The notes: generated by a model from the sequence alone, not told the origin. DNA of 64,000 nt from an uncultured Nitrososphaeraceae archaeon (GCA_963765895.1 CAVXZB010000024.1:201943-265942), one strand, 5' to 3'. Positions 11,261 through 22,948 are shown, counted from the stretch's first letter. Numbers and translations: made by a program.

Positions 11261-11688
11261 CACAGGTGCGTCTTGAGATGGTTGGACTCATTACTGTTGA
11301 AGAGAAAATCAGAGTAGTAAAGGAAACCTGGTCGACCGGAAGGCTTATTGATGAACTATTCTTGGAGCTCGACAATGCAAAGGAAATAGATGAAAAAGGT
11401 GGCATATCCAAAAGGAAGTATAGTAACGATACTAATTCCATTACAAAGTATGGGGCATTACATACCATTTTTAATCTATACAAATTGGATAGAATACCAA
11501 ATCAAGGGATCGTTATTGTCTATCATGGTACGAGGCCAGCCAATGATCTGGGCTTTATTCAGAAATATGAAACATATGATTACTCAGAAAATGAAGCTAA
11601 AAAAATTCATCAGCATAAATTCGATTCTGAGTTAATAAACCGACAAGTCGATTCTATTCTCGGTCAAAAACTGGGGTTTGCACATTGA
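11248..11688 (+). CDS. Hypothetical protein (element backbone)
   Basis: 146 aa ORF overlapping the primase start. Confidence 0.55.
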   Translation: MCVIAQVRLEMVGLITVEEKIRVVKETWSTGRLIDELFLELDNAKEIDEKGGISKRKYSNDTNSITKYGALHTIFNLYKLDRIPNQGIVIVYHGTRPANDLGFIQKYETYDYSENEAKKIHQHKFDSELINRQVDSILGQKLGFAH

Positions 11689-14042
11689 GTATGGATAATG
11701 TGCTAGCTATGATTGCTAAGTATGGTCCGGATCCTGAATCCTCCTCTTTTGCTTCTCGTCACGATGCGATAGCATATCATAATATTTGGGCCGATTTTTG
11801 GCGTTACAATATAGGAGTCAACGTCATACCATCTGATACTAAAAATAAGAAACCAGTAGTTCCATGGTTTGGATGGCAAAGCAAAGCAATACCAGAGTCA
11901 TTGCATCGCCAATGGAAAACAGAAGGCCTATTTTCAAATGGGATTGCTGTTATATTGGGGAAAGTCTGGCACAGACAAGATCTGGCTCATTATTACCTGG
12001 TTGGAGTGGACGCGGATAACAAGAAAGCTATTGACGAAATTTGTAATTATAATGGAGAGGAATTTGCTGCGAAAACCTTAGTTGAACAGCATAGAGATAA
12101 TCCCGCTAAAGCTCATTTTTATTTTTATGCTACAAGACCGATTAAAGGTAAGAGTAGCGATAATGCTCTACTAGCCCACAGGCTTTCGACCAACGAAATA
12201 CCTGCAATAGAGATCAAAAGCCTTGGCAGCCATGGGATTCTGTATTGCTCCGGCTCTTTTCATAAAGATGGATACAATTATGAAATTATAGGATCACGTA
12301 AACCAGCAATATTAAATGAATTACAAACCGCAGAGCTAGAAAACCACTTTAACAATATTTTTAACAAATATATGATAAGTTATCTCTCCGTAGGTAGCGC
12401 AGATAATTCAGCAAGTGCAAAAACAAAGTTACCAATAGAAGAGCTTTTCAAGCCAGTCTATAAAGTGCTGGAGGGCCATAATCGACATGAGGCATTGTTA
12501 CGGGTGATAGAATCACTTACTTCGCGACCGTAATATTTTCTCACTGGAGGAAATAAAACAGTTATCGAAGAACTGGAACAACACTCATTGTATGCCGCCA
12601 CTTGATGATAGAGAGTTGGAAGGACAATGGAAATGTGCCCTAGAATTTATTGCGCCAAAACAAAGGCAATCATCATGGCAAAACGATATTGGGTCCCAAG
12701 ATCACAATCAAAGCATTACTGCTGAAGAAAGACAACAGGAACAAAATTCGCATCCAGTTAGTGAACTAGCCGAGAAAATAATGTCTCGGTATATCTTTAA
12801 AACACTAGCAGACACTGAAGAGATGCTGTATTACAGAGACGGAATTTATCATTCAGGTGGAGAACAAATAATCAAGACAGAGCTGGAAAAAATTGCCGGT
12901 TATTCGATTAAAATTAATCAGCGAAATGAGATTATAGCTCATATAAAGTACCGGACAATTGTAAACAGGGAAGAATTTGACAAGAATGAGTCAGTTATTA
13001 ATGTGAAAAATGGTTTATTAGATATAACGACTGGAGAAATTAGGCCACACAAGCATGATTATTTGTCGATCATCCAGTCGCCAGTGACGTACGATCCTCG
13101 CGCTACCTGTCCCCGAGTAATCAAGTTCCTAACTGGAGTAAAACAAGAGATGGGATTTCAACTCTTGTAAGATTATTTGGGTATTGTCTATACAGGAGCC
13201 CGCGTTACGAGAAAGCAATTATGTTAGTTGGTCCAGGCAGAAATGGCAAAAGCGTTCTCATCAAACTAATTGAAGCTTTAGTAGGAAAGCATAATGTAAG
13301 TCATGCAAGCCTACAGGAATTGTTAGGAGATAGGTTCGCAAGTGCAGATCTCAATTGTAAACTTGTTAACGTTTTCGCTGACCTTGAAGCGGATAAACTA
13401 GTAAATACTGGTAGGTTCAAAGCCCTTGTTTCTGGTGATAGTATCCGGGCACAACGGAAACACCAGCAAGTCTTTAGTTTTAGAAACTATGCCAAACTGA
13501 TTTTTAGTACGAATAAGATACCTGAATCTATGGATAACAGTTATGCCTATTATCGTAGATGGGTGATACTGCCTTTCGATAGAATTTTTGAAGGTGAAGA
13601 AGAAGATACGGATTTGATAAGTAAACTAACCACCGAAGAAGAATTGTCAGGTCTTCTGAACCTGGCACAAAGGGGCTTGACTAAACTCATTAAGGAAGGT
13701 GGTTTCAAAGAGACACCGGTAGAAAAAATAAAGCAACAGTATGAGCATAATGCCAGTATAGTAAAGCAGTTTATTGAGGAGCAATGCGTTATTGATCTAA
13801 ATAAACCGGACATCTGCATTATGGCAACCACTTTGCGGGATTCATTTCAAGAATTTTGTCGGACAAGGCATACTAAAGTGTTAGAAGAAAACATATTAGG
13901 AAAAGAGTTGGCACAACAAGGCATACTAAAGGATCGTATAATGAAGAACAAGAAACGGGAATATTACTATGTAGGAATCACAACAAAACAGGCATTAAGA
14001 GGTGAAAATGAGACGTTGATCTCTACCTCTACTACCTTCTAG
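11685..14042 (+). pseudogene. Bifunctional Prim-Pol + PriCT + D5/SF3 helicase (P4-type plasmid primase), split by two frameshifts
   Basis: NVIP..KKP, GVDAD, HFYF (Prim-Pol); NRHEALL...PPLDDRE (PriCT); INVKNGLLD (D5_N); GPGRNGKS Walker A, FSTNKIP, YYRRW; ORFs 11685-12533, 12592-13170, 13221-14042. Confidence 0.88.
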
Positions 14043-14127
14043 TGTAATATTTTGGGCTCATAATAGGACTTTAGATATTCTCTCCTGATCGCATTTCAAG
14101 CAGAGCCATTTTTCGTCAGTTGTAGGA

Positions 14128-14258
14128 TATTGCCCTAGTTGCCTTAGATGCTGTTAACTTATTGTCAATTCAATAGAATGTACTATGACAAGATACTATT
14201 ACAATTAAGAAGAAAGTAAGAGAATAAGTTGCAACTTACTAGGGGAGCCAGGGCAATA
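14128..14258. other. Candidate replication origin: 20-bp imperfect inverted repeat around an AT-rich spacer
   Basis: tattgccctagttgccttag (14128) vs ctaggggagccagggcaata (14239), 16/20 complementary; palindrome taagttgcaactta at 14225-14238. Confidence 0.5.
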
Positions 14259-14489
14259 ACGCCATACTCCACAAATGCAAAAGCCATGCATGAATTCACA
14301 AGGCGAATTAGGAGGAACACGATCTATTGTGTTAACCAACGACGGCGCGTTCAACCTATCTAATGTATAGAAAATCAACTCTGACGGATTAATTTACATA
14401 TAATTTTCTTATGATAACACTTATATCGCTTAGCGATATTAGGAGAAAACTTGACGGTCAAGGTTAACTGTATAATCAACTACTTTTAT

Positions 14490-14704
14490 GATGATTCAGC
14501 AATATCATAACCCCACTTCCCAAACATGATTTAGACCGTAGTCCATGTTATCCAATAATATCTCTAAAACAAGGAGGATATTATTGTAAATTACATCCTG
14601 AAATAAAGAATGTAGATTTGGATTCGATAGAGCATCATATCCAATACAAACGTCCTGTGGCGCGTAAATCAGATTTATTAAAAATGCCCCGAAATTACTT
14701 ATAA
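14490..14704 (+). pseudogene. Cys/His mini-domain remnant, copy 1
   Basis: PLPKHDLDRSPCYPII..YYCKLHPEIKN..IEHHIQYK; homologous to 25525-25744. Confidence 0.65.
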
Positions 14705-14719
14705 ATGGATTATTCTATA

Positions 14720-14880
14720 AATAGGTAACATTGTCAGAACTTGAAGTAAACTTATTTAGTCACGAACAAAATTGTCGACTCTACAATTTGATGATATCTA
14801 TAGATAGTAGCAATTAGTGAATGTAAAAATAAAGCATTTAGTTCATATGGCAAGTTCTAACATGCCCGACAATATTTGAT
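14720..14880 (-). repeat. Backbone repeat copy A (decayed IATIYRY mini-gene)
   Basis: tatctatagatagtagcaattag at 14795; minus strand reads LHSLIATIYRYHQ. Confidence 0.75.
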
Positions 14881-15189
14881 TAAAGTCAGGTTAGTTATAT
14901 AGGATAACTGTTATAAGATGGTTCGTAGCTTGACACCTTAAGAATATTTCCGAAATTGAAGCGTGCTAAGTTTAGACGAACTGTTCAGTGTACATAGACA
15001 TTGATCAGAATGGTTCGTTAGTAGATAAGCCATGGGTGCATGCTATGTCCTCTCTGCCTTTCATCAGATTATGTTGGAATCTTACTATCAGATAATTTTA
15101 TTTTAATCTCTTGTCCTGTACTGGGTTTTAGAGTCGTTTGATTGTTATTATGACTACTGTATCTCTTCTTCGATTTTCTTCGTCCAATA

Positions 15190-15354
15190 TCATTGCATAT
15201 ATTGCTGCATTGCTTCTACCTCTGCCAAATTCTCTTCTACAATTCGCATGTTGAACTTTTCCTGGTCTACAGACTTTTGCTTCTTCTGAATTGCTTTGTA
15301 TATCATATCTTTAACCTCCTTTACCGTTAGTTCCTTCTCTTTAGTTTTGGGCAA
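15190..15354 (-). CDS. Small coiled-coil hypothetical protein (54 aa)
   Basis: Manual translation from TTG: PKTKEKELTVKEVKDMIYKAIQKKQK... Confidence 0.35.
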   Translation of the reverse strand: MPKTKEKELTVKEVKDMIYKAIQKKQKSVDQEKFNMRIVEENLAEVEAMQQYMQ

Positions 15355-15607
15355 TTGTTACGTCCTGTAGATAGGTAGTGATTTCTATAGACTGAAGAAC
15401 TGCAAGTAGAGGGAGTGTCCTTATCATGACAACATTTCCAGTAGAGCAGTCTAAAAAAGTGTATTGGAAGTTTATGAACGGCTAACCTGCATTAATATTA
15501 CATGTCAGAAACTGCCCTGCTCCCTATGGTACCAGTTGCTTGTAGTGAGCCAGGGTGGCTCTAACATCTTGGCGTGAATTCGTATAGATATATGTAGTAG
15601 CAGGACT

Positions 15608-16281
15608 TATTTTTACCAACCTTCCTTTAACTTGTTGGCGATCAAGTTTGGCCTTGCTTGGTGTTTCTAGCCCAAGTGACCCCGTCTTGACTTCTCCTGA
15701 GCGCTCGTAATTGGCGATTATAACTCCGCTTGGTGAAATCCCGCTTTCAAGAAAGTTTGAACCCAGCTGAATCTAAACCTTCTGCAAACAAGCGCTTGCC
15801 AGTGCCAAGAGTAATAGGAAATATTTTTAGCCAAAGCTCCTGACCAAATCATACTTTAAGAGTGTCTGAACAAGATTGCTGGTTGCCATGAACTTGTATT
15901 TCTGGCCCATCCTGCTCCTTTATCCTTTTAATTCCCTCTGGAACATCACCATTTATCAGTTCTGAATTATTCCAATCCAGTTTTGTCAGGGTCTTTGAAG
16001 CTACGTATTTCTTGGCATTATTGAGTTTGGCCGGCGAATGGGTTTTGATTTGCGTTCACGTATGGCCAGTATGCTCCGGAATATTTCTGTACGTTTTTCT
16101 GCCAAGCAACAAATCGAAAGGTTTACTCGTCTGCTTGATCACCACATTAAGAAGAAAGTCGTCAGAGTATCCAGCTACCCAGCCTTCGTGTTCAAACCCT
16201 CCAGTAGGATTCTTCAGGCCCACCTGGAGCCTGCATCACGTTGTCAAGGGATATGAAAGACAGGACAATTGTCTTTCTCAT
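15608..16281 (-). pseudogene. Dihydrofolate reductase family (RibD C-terminal-like) protein, multiply frameshifted
   Basis: MRKTIVLSFIS..VMQAPGGPEE, LLLGRKTY, KKYVASKTL..WNNS, FPITLGTGKRLF; purine-rich RBS upstream. Confidence 0.8.
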
Positions 16282-16680
16282 TTATTTCCCCTCTCCTAAA
16301 ATTTCCCTCGCTATATATCTGATAATCTTTTTAAGTTCATATGTGATTGGCTTATCCAAAGGAAATCGGACAGGCCCTTTTTCTTATATATGGTGCCAGT
16401 TCTTTTTTGACCGGTTCAATGCCATGGTGGTTTTGAATTTTCCTCCGACGCACATATCATTTTCGGTAGCCAACGCTTCCCAGTTCGAAGCAAACGCCAG
16501 CCGATGATAGACATTCCAAATGACATTAACCGGATCATAAGAAAGCAAGACATTATTATTAATATAGCTGCACGCGCTTAAGGTCTGCAAATATAGTAAG
16601 ATATTCAGACCATTATCTTCAAGAACAGCAGCAACATCTGCATTATTGATGCGATCGTTTACAAGGAGATAATTTTTCTT
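16278..16680 (-). pseudogene. Chimeric remnant ending in a DUF1801/YdhG-like C-terminus
   Basis: After a stop it reads KGPVRFPLDKPITYELKKIIRY, directly upstream of the DHFR-like gene. Confidence 0.4.
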
Positions 16681-17184
16681 TCACCCCCTTCACAGAAAGA
16701 AATTTTCCCCCTAGTAGTCAGAAAGTAAATGAAGTAGAGCATAACCTAAGCTTTATCCTATCACACCAGAATTCGGCAGTTTCCGATAACTCATTGATCC
16801 ACACAGAACCGAAGGTCCTCTAACCTTCAGACACTATAACCTTACCAACAGATATCTATTGGTATGGGAATTACATTGTCCCACACTATCAAACACTGTT
16901 CCACATTATAGTTACAGGTCTTGACGACGAAATGGCACTTCGTTTCTAATCAACTGCAATTAGAATCTTCTTCTATAAATATTAAGCAGAATGTTCAATA
17001 ACATCTATCACTACAATTGTGACATGTGGAGTAAGGCCAAATCAATTATCGTAATGCCAACAGTCATGATGGCAATAGTGCTAAATTCTGTGATTGTAGA
17101 GTTAAGAAATTCTGGATATAAGGTCGTAACGGGTTTCGTGGAGGAATCAAAGAAGGGTTTACCACCAAGGGCTGAAAGTAAATA

Positions 17185-18016
17185 ATGAATAAATTTATTA
17201 TTTTATTTTTGATTGTTGGCTTGGCAGCTTGTATGGTTTCGGTGGGTGGTTTTAGTGTGAGTCTGGTCGAGGCTAAGGATTCAGATAGTGGCGGCGACGA
17301 TAGTAGTGATTCAGGAACCAGTGATAATGGTGACAATGGCGGTAGCGACAGCGGTTCAAGCGATAATGGTGACAATGGCGGTAGCGACAGCGGAAGTAAC
17401 GATAATAGTGATTCAGGTGGCAGTAGCACTAGCGGTGTAGATGATAGCGATAATGCTGTCACTGGTGATAATAGTGCTCCTACCGATGATACACCAGCCC
17501 CAACACAAGACGACACCCAAACGGCAAACAGTGACACGGCACAAGTTACGCCAATAGCACCGGCAACGACAACGACAACAACGCCAACAGTGCCTCAAGA
17601 AGACGCTGCTAAACTTCCAGATTGCCATGGCAAGTCTAAAGACTGTGTGACAATGCGGCGATGTCTGTCTAAAAGGCTCACGTGCGCATGAATGCGAATG
17701 CGATGGTAAACATGACCCTAATTGTCAAAAGCACAGTCCTATATGTGATAGTATCCGGGGCTGTGAAGGTTTAGGAAACTTTTGCCATTCCCATAAGGAT
17801 GCAGGTGTATGTAAGCCATTTAACCCGTCACACCCTGACCATGGTACTAAGGTCATAGTCATACACAAAACCAAGACAATTCATAAGAAAGACTTTACTA
17901 GTATACCAACCGTGTTCGTTCCAAATGTCGGTCTAGTTCAACCGTTGAATTGTAAATTAAATCAAGATAATGGAAAAATCGGATGCGAGTTCGTCGTAAT
18001 AAAGGTGATTAACTAA
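17185..18016 (+). pseudogene. Secreted D/S/G-rich low-complexity protein with Thr/Pro linker and Cys-rich tail, frameshifted near 17660
   Basis: Signal peptide ending VEA; 39-bp tandem unit (DNGDNGGSDSG x2); the Cys-rich reading continues in another frame. Confidence 0.6.
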
Positions 18017-18064
18017 CCACATCTTTACTTTGCGAATTGACAACTCTTTTGTCTAAGGTCAGAT

Positions 18065-18274
18065 TTACCTTAAATACTGTCTTCCAACATCAATATCCGA
18101 AGGAGCCGTTTCAACGAATTTTCTGGCAAACTCTTTGCTATTCCACTCTTCAAATGGATCAAGATACAACTTTCTTAATTGACTTAACGTGAGACAGAAA
18201 ATCTGATTGAATGACTTGACCTCGACTTTTGTTTTTGGGTATATACAATCCAAGTCTAGAAATGATTCTCTCAT
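18065..18274 (-). CDS. Small hypothetical protein or remnant
   Basis: 69 aa ORF only. Confidence 0.3.
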   Translation of the reverse strand: MRESFLDLDCIYPKTKVEVKSFNQIFCLTLSQLRKLYLDPFEEWNSKEFARKFVETAPSDIDVGRQYLR

Positions 18275-19711
18275 CTTATAACAGATATGATATTGCGTGA
18301 TGAGAGTATTAAAGAAGTAGTTTGTAATTAGTTAGCGCCATCTATCTTTCATCATTCTGGCTATGGTCGTTACTGATGGGTATTACTGTTCACACCTAGT
18401 AGTAATAAAATAGTCTTTGACACCAGCAACAAGTCGAAGTATATAAAACCTAGTACCAATCATATTTGCATAGATAAAAAGATATGTTGTGTTTGGATAT
18501 TTCTCCAATAATAGAAACCCGCTTCAGGGCGGTAATGGGCCGGCATCTAGGAAATAGACGTGGTAACTTAACATTAGCGACGGAACAAGCAATTTGGTTA
18601 TGGGGAGTATTGTGAGCAATACCAGGTATAGTTCCATAAACACTCGATGGTAGAGAGCACAGATGGATCTTTTGGGCATAGGATTCTTTCTAATACTGCT
18701 TTCCCTTGAGGTGTGATGGCGCGATGGTCTGGTGTAACTAAAGTCTCGCAAGGTTGTGATATATAAGAACGAACGAGGGAGTTATTGCATATACCCCACC
18801 AATCTATGCCTTCATAATAGACTCCAGAAGGTTCTTTAGTGAATGAATCTGGTTTGGATCAGGTTGTTGCATTGAAACTTCGGCTATGGACATTGACTTG
18901 TTCGCCTGATCAATAGAAGTTTAGTTTACATCATATCCATCATCTGGCGTCATGCCATAACACTGTGCCTCAGTTAAATACTGTGGGCAAATCGTATAAC
19001 CTTCGTCATCTTCCGCCTCTGATCGGTCTACACCAAAAAATGGTATTCTTATTTGCTCTATAGTAGGCCCTTGATTGTTTGTCGATCCAAAGTTATCACA
19101 AAGTGTAACGTTTGGATAGATCAGGCGTTGAATACAGGAATGGAATGATGCATTGACTAAATTTAACATAAGAGAGCATTAACGTGTTGAAACCTCGCAT
19201 ACCCAAAACTTGAAGTGCCAAAGCTGAATAACTGAATATTAATAGATCGTCACCACAGCCTATGGAAGCAGATGCAGAATTGAACGAAGTCCATCAAGTC
19301 CACTTGATTCGTTCATTTTAATAATACCATCACATCCAGTGGGCCCCGCGAGCAGACCTAATCCTCTGATAATCCACCCTATCTGTAGCGCACGAACAAG
19401 GTCAAGTTAATTTATGAATGACAACGGCAACTTATTTAACGTTTTTTTATCCTTAGGAACACAAGGGAGCGCTGGTACCCCGTCGCTACTACACATATGA
19501 ACATGGACTCAACTCCAATGGTATCGTCCGTAGTAGCCAGTTGAACGAAGTCGATAGGGTACCACACCCCGCCACTATATCTTTAAGTCATCAGTTAGTC
19601 ATGACAGTCAGATTGGAGTGGCATATTAGAAATACGCAATCGAGTATATAGTATTGCTAATTGTTAGTTCTAGGTTAATTTTCTATATGTCGGATATGGT
19701 AGAATCAAATA

Positions 19712-19800
19712 GATATCAAAAATATCTAGTCCTACGTGTAGATTGACGTCCCTCGATGATAAAATTTATGTATGCTGTCTGTGAATAGGCGCGCCAAATA
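19712..19800 (+). repeat. Conserved non-coding box, copy 1
   Basis: gtcctacgtgtagattgacgtccc..gataaaatttatgtatgctgt matches 25975-26045. Confidence 0.75.
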
Positions 19801-20096
19801 ATTCGTAATGAGCCTGAACCACAACACTATAAAACCAAACAAGTCCTTTCGATTTCAGGTTAGTCGTGCTCTGAGGCCATAGCGGGTAATGTAGGATTTG
19901 GTGCATCGTATCCATCATGAAATCGTTTGTCATATTCTCCGAACATATTCTTTGGAGCCATTCTTGGCAAGTCTTGCCCATGTACGAATATGTTTTTGTT
20001 ATTATAAAACAATTTTGTAGAATATTAGAACATTTAATATGACTTTATCAATGTGGAGAATTCTTTATGAGGTTAGACTTTTGTTAACATGGGTAG

Positions 20097-20151
20097 GCGC
20101 AAAACCTTGGGCCTTTTGCTGAAATGCAGAGGCTAAGCAAGGTTCATGTGC
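20097..20151 (+). ncRNA. Candidate structured leader RNA, copy 1
   Basis: Nested helices gcgca/tgtgc, ccttg/caagg, gcctt(t)tgc/gcagaggc; conserved at 31568-31623. Confidence 0.45.
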
Positions 20152-20190
20152 AGTTTGCTATTGATGGATGATTTCAATGGTGAGTTATAA

Positions 20191-20352
20191 GTGACTGATA
20201 AAGAAAATGAGAAAATCATGCCTCCATTAAAGATAATGAAAAAGAATGAGGTAATGAATGATTTGCTTAAACTACTTGATCTGGTTCAGAAACATGCTGA
20301 TAAAGAAGGGTGTGAACATTGTCTTGACATACTGGAATCTGTCTTTACGTAG
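20191..20352 (+). CDS. 53-aa CxxC micro-protein, copy 1 (below ORF-track cutoff)
   Basis: GTG start; ..NDLLKLLDLVQKHADKEGCEHCLDILESVFT; paralog at 31659-31823. Confidence 0.75.
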   Translation: MTDKENEKIMPPLKIMKKNEVMNDLLKLLDLVQKHADKEGCEHCLDILESVFT

Positions 20353-20619
20353 TGAAAAAGCTCAGTAGATAAAACGCCCCAATTCTTAGATTTTATAGGT
20401 AGTCGTGCCTAAGCCTGACACGCACTCAAACCATCGATTCAACTACGATACGATAGAATCCATCTTTGAAATATTCAGTATGTTTCTATGCATGTACGCT
20501 TGCGTTGCCTGCCCGGCTATCCTAACTCTAATACTAATGCCAATATTGTTGCCATCAGGACTATTGCCATTACGATAATTGTTCTGGTCTTAATCTATTA
20601 TATGCATAATAGATGCATA

Positions 20620-20720
20620 ATATTGAATATTCTACTCATTCATTCTAAATGAAGGCGCTAATAATGATATCTATAGTTAGTATCAGCTACTTAGATGCGA
20701 ATCAATATACCACAGTACAG
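20620..20720 (-). repeat. Backbone repeat copy B (short, diverged)
   Basis: gatatctatagttagtatcagctacttagatgcgaatcaa resembles copy C. Confidence 0.6.
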
Positions 20721-21207
20721 TCTGGTTTAGCATCTCTGGTAGTCAGGTATAAAAGATAACAATAGCATGAAAATATCAATAACCTATTGAAGTAGTGGAA
20801 TGCTGTAACGTTCATTAGGGTTCTATGAGCTCATCACGGACGTTGCCTGTAAAACTCTATTGTAAGTTCTCTTACTCTAGATTATGGCTTCTGTTTCAAG
20901 ACCTCTTCTATGACCGGTTCTAGATATTCACTACTGGTAGCAAATTGACAAACAGAAAACTAAGCGATGATAAGTTGCAAAAGGTCATTGATTTGTATAA
21001 GCAAGGTAACCTATAAGGCAGATATTTAACGAGACTGGTATTGCTCGTACTACAATATTGAGACAAATCCACCTTCATAGTTAGTTTAGTCTATTGGAAT
21101 AATTCAATGTGGATTGTCGAGCCACTTGACCTCCCATTTTCACAAGGTCATATGAGACGATAGCAGGTTTTTATAGACAGGTAGTCTGGAATTTCTTAGT
21201 GTATCCT

Positions 21208-21453
21208 CTAGACATTACAAGCACTATTTACACCTGTCACACAAATCCCCATTTGTGTACCGCCAGTCGGCCTACCACCCATATCGTCATTAGATGTATG
21301 TGCATTTATCATTATTGTCGGTACAGATAATGAAAGTAGGCTTATTCCAATGACTAAAACTAAAAACACAAACATGGCATTCAATGATAAAATCGTAGCA
21401 AAAACTGCAATTGCACACTTTGGTTTTGTATATTCGTTTTTATTCGTTTTCAT
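21208..21453 (-). CDS. Small secreted/membrane peptide
   Basis: Hydrophobic segment then a short tail with GICVTGVNSACN. Confidence 0.5.
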   Translation of the reverse strand: MKTNKNEYTKPKCAIAVFATILSLNAMFVFLVLVIGISLLSLSVPTIMINAHTSNDDMGGRPTGGTQMGICVTGVNSACNV

Positions 21454-21719
21454 TCCTAATTCTTGCTCTCATAAATGCATTTCAGCATAAGAATACTTAA
21501 GTAGTATGAGTTTTTTGCAACTAAATATTGATTTTTTATGTATATTTAGGTAATTTAACATAATAGTTACAAGGTAAGCAAGTAATTGCGTCGCAACTAA
21601 ATTATATATAAAATAATACATAATAAATTGGTTTGAAGTTATTTATTTAACCATGCTATACCAAATTTGATGTGCTATAACTAACTTAATAGAAGAAAAA
21701 GAGATAAACCATCATCATC

Positions 21720-22242
21720 AGCATCAAAGTAAAAGTATCACCTTTAATTAGACAATATTATTTTAGATAAACTGCATCGTGAAGCAGAACAAAAGGATAC
21801 CAGTGTCAATACATTAGTAAGTCATATAATGAGAATGCACGTTGATTGGTATTCTAATGCAGCAAAAGCTGGATTTGTAAGTGTAAGGAGAGGATTGCTA
21901 AGTAACCTCATAAATAGACTTCCAGAGAAAGAGATATCTTCCATTGCAGAAAATATAGCAAAGAATGAAACCAAAGACTTTGTATCCTTCTAAGAAATGA
22001 ATACAATATTGAATCGAGCTTTAGATGTGATTGAAACTTGGATCAAAATTTCAGGTCATCCATATAGACACGAAGTCAGCTACAATCTACACTCATATGT
22101 TATACAACATGATATGGGAAGAAATTGGTCTCTTTATATGGCAGAACAATATCGGTTTTTGTTTGAAGCATTTGAATTGAAAAAAGTAGATTTTGATATA
22201 AACTACAATACATTAGATTTTGTTGTTGATACTGAAAGATGA
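21720..22242 (+). pseudogene. RHH-domain regulator (Nitrososphaerales type), frameshifted
   Basis: KSITF/LDNIILDKLHREAEQKDTSVNTLVSHIM..WYSNAAKAGF, then IQHDMGRNWSLY. Confidence 0.65.
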
Positions 22243-22353
22243 CATACGAATTCAATAGCATATATTTCATAAGACTTGTTTCGTAGCGGAACCTGACTGT
22301 AACTTCTCTCATAGCCAATCAAAGTGAATCCTATTGAGGGTATGATGTCATAA

Positions 22354-22464
22354 AGGTCAGATATTGTCAGATGGGTCATTGGGCTGTAATGCAGTATCAG
22401 TTCAATGCGATTCGAGATCACATGTTGGGGAATGTCAGATAGGTCAGATATTGTCAGATGGGTC
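22354..22464 (+). repeat. 24-bp direct repeat x2 built from phased GTCAGAT units (iteron-like)
   Basis: aggtcagatattgtcagatgggtc at 22354 and 22441; gtcagat at 22356, 22366, 22434, 22443, 22453. Confidence 0.85.
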
Positions 22465-22589
22465 TTATTTCTTGTTCGATATCAAGATTAAATATGTCAA
22501 AACTGTATTTGACAGTGAGCCCGAAGTTTTATCATTACTTGTAGGTTGACAAGATTGAAACATCAATGGACTTGATTAATGAAGTTAAA

Positions 22590-22712
22590 TTCTAGACTAG
22601 GAATTCAGAGTTGACCTTGCAAATTGATATCTATAGATAGTAGCAGCTAATCGATGCGAATCAACAGACTAATTCCGTTAATATGCAATACGTTTAACAC
22701 ATAGGACAACAT
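22590..22712 (-). repeat. Backbone repeat copy C
   Basis: gatatctatagatagtagcagctaatcgatgcgaatcaa..cgtttaacacataggacaac; minus strand reads MLSYVLNVL../DSHRLAATIYRYQF. Confidence 0.8.
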
Positions 22713-22948
22713 TACATAGCATACACAAAAAGTTATACACTATGCTAAGAATATTTGAAGAAGAGACTGAAACTAACTAATGACCAAACAGGAAGTTAAA
22801 GACATGAATGGTTGGAATAGAATCAGAAGAGAAGTTCTTGTTGCTCATACAGTTGCAGATGAATTCTAGTTTAAGATCTTGACTTATATTCTTGAATCAT
22901 CAATTTTTGAACCAATTATATGCTTTATTGTTCCTGTTCCAATAATTT

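Noticed and set aside
8211-14042. Complete provirus
   Set aside because: No capsid, terminase, portal or packaging ATPase recognised
17064-17537. 157-aa minus-strand Ser/Leu/Pro ORF
   Set aside because: Antisense shadow of the D/S/G-rich secreted gene
19279-19552. ttgaacgaagtc repeated twice ~260 bp apart
   Set aside because: Only 12 bp and two copies in degraded sequence; no supportable function
22771-22797. aactaactaatgaccaaacaggaagtt, partial match to the 21-bp site
   Set aside because: Needs a 3-bp insertion and a broken right arm; also reads as a coding remnant (MTKQEVKDM), so may be chance
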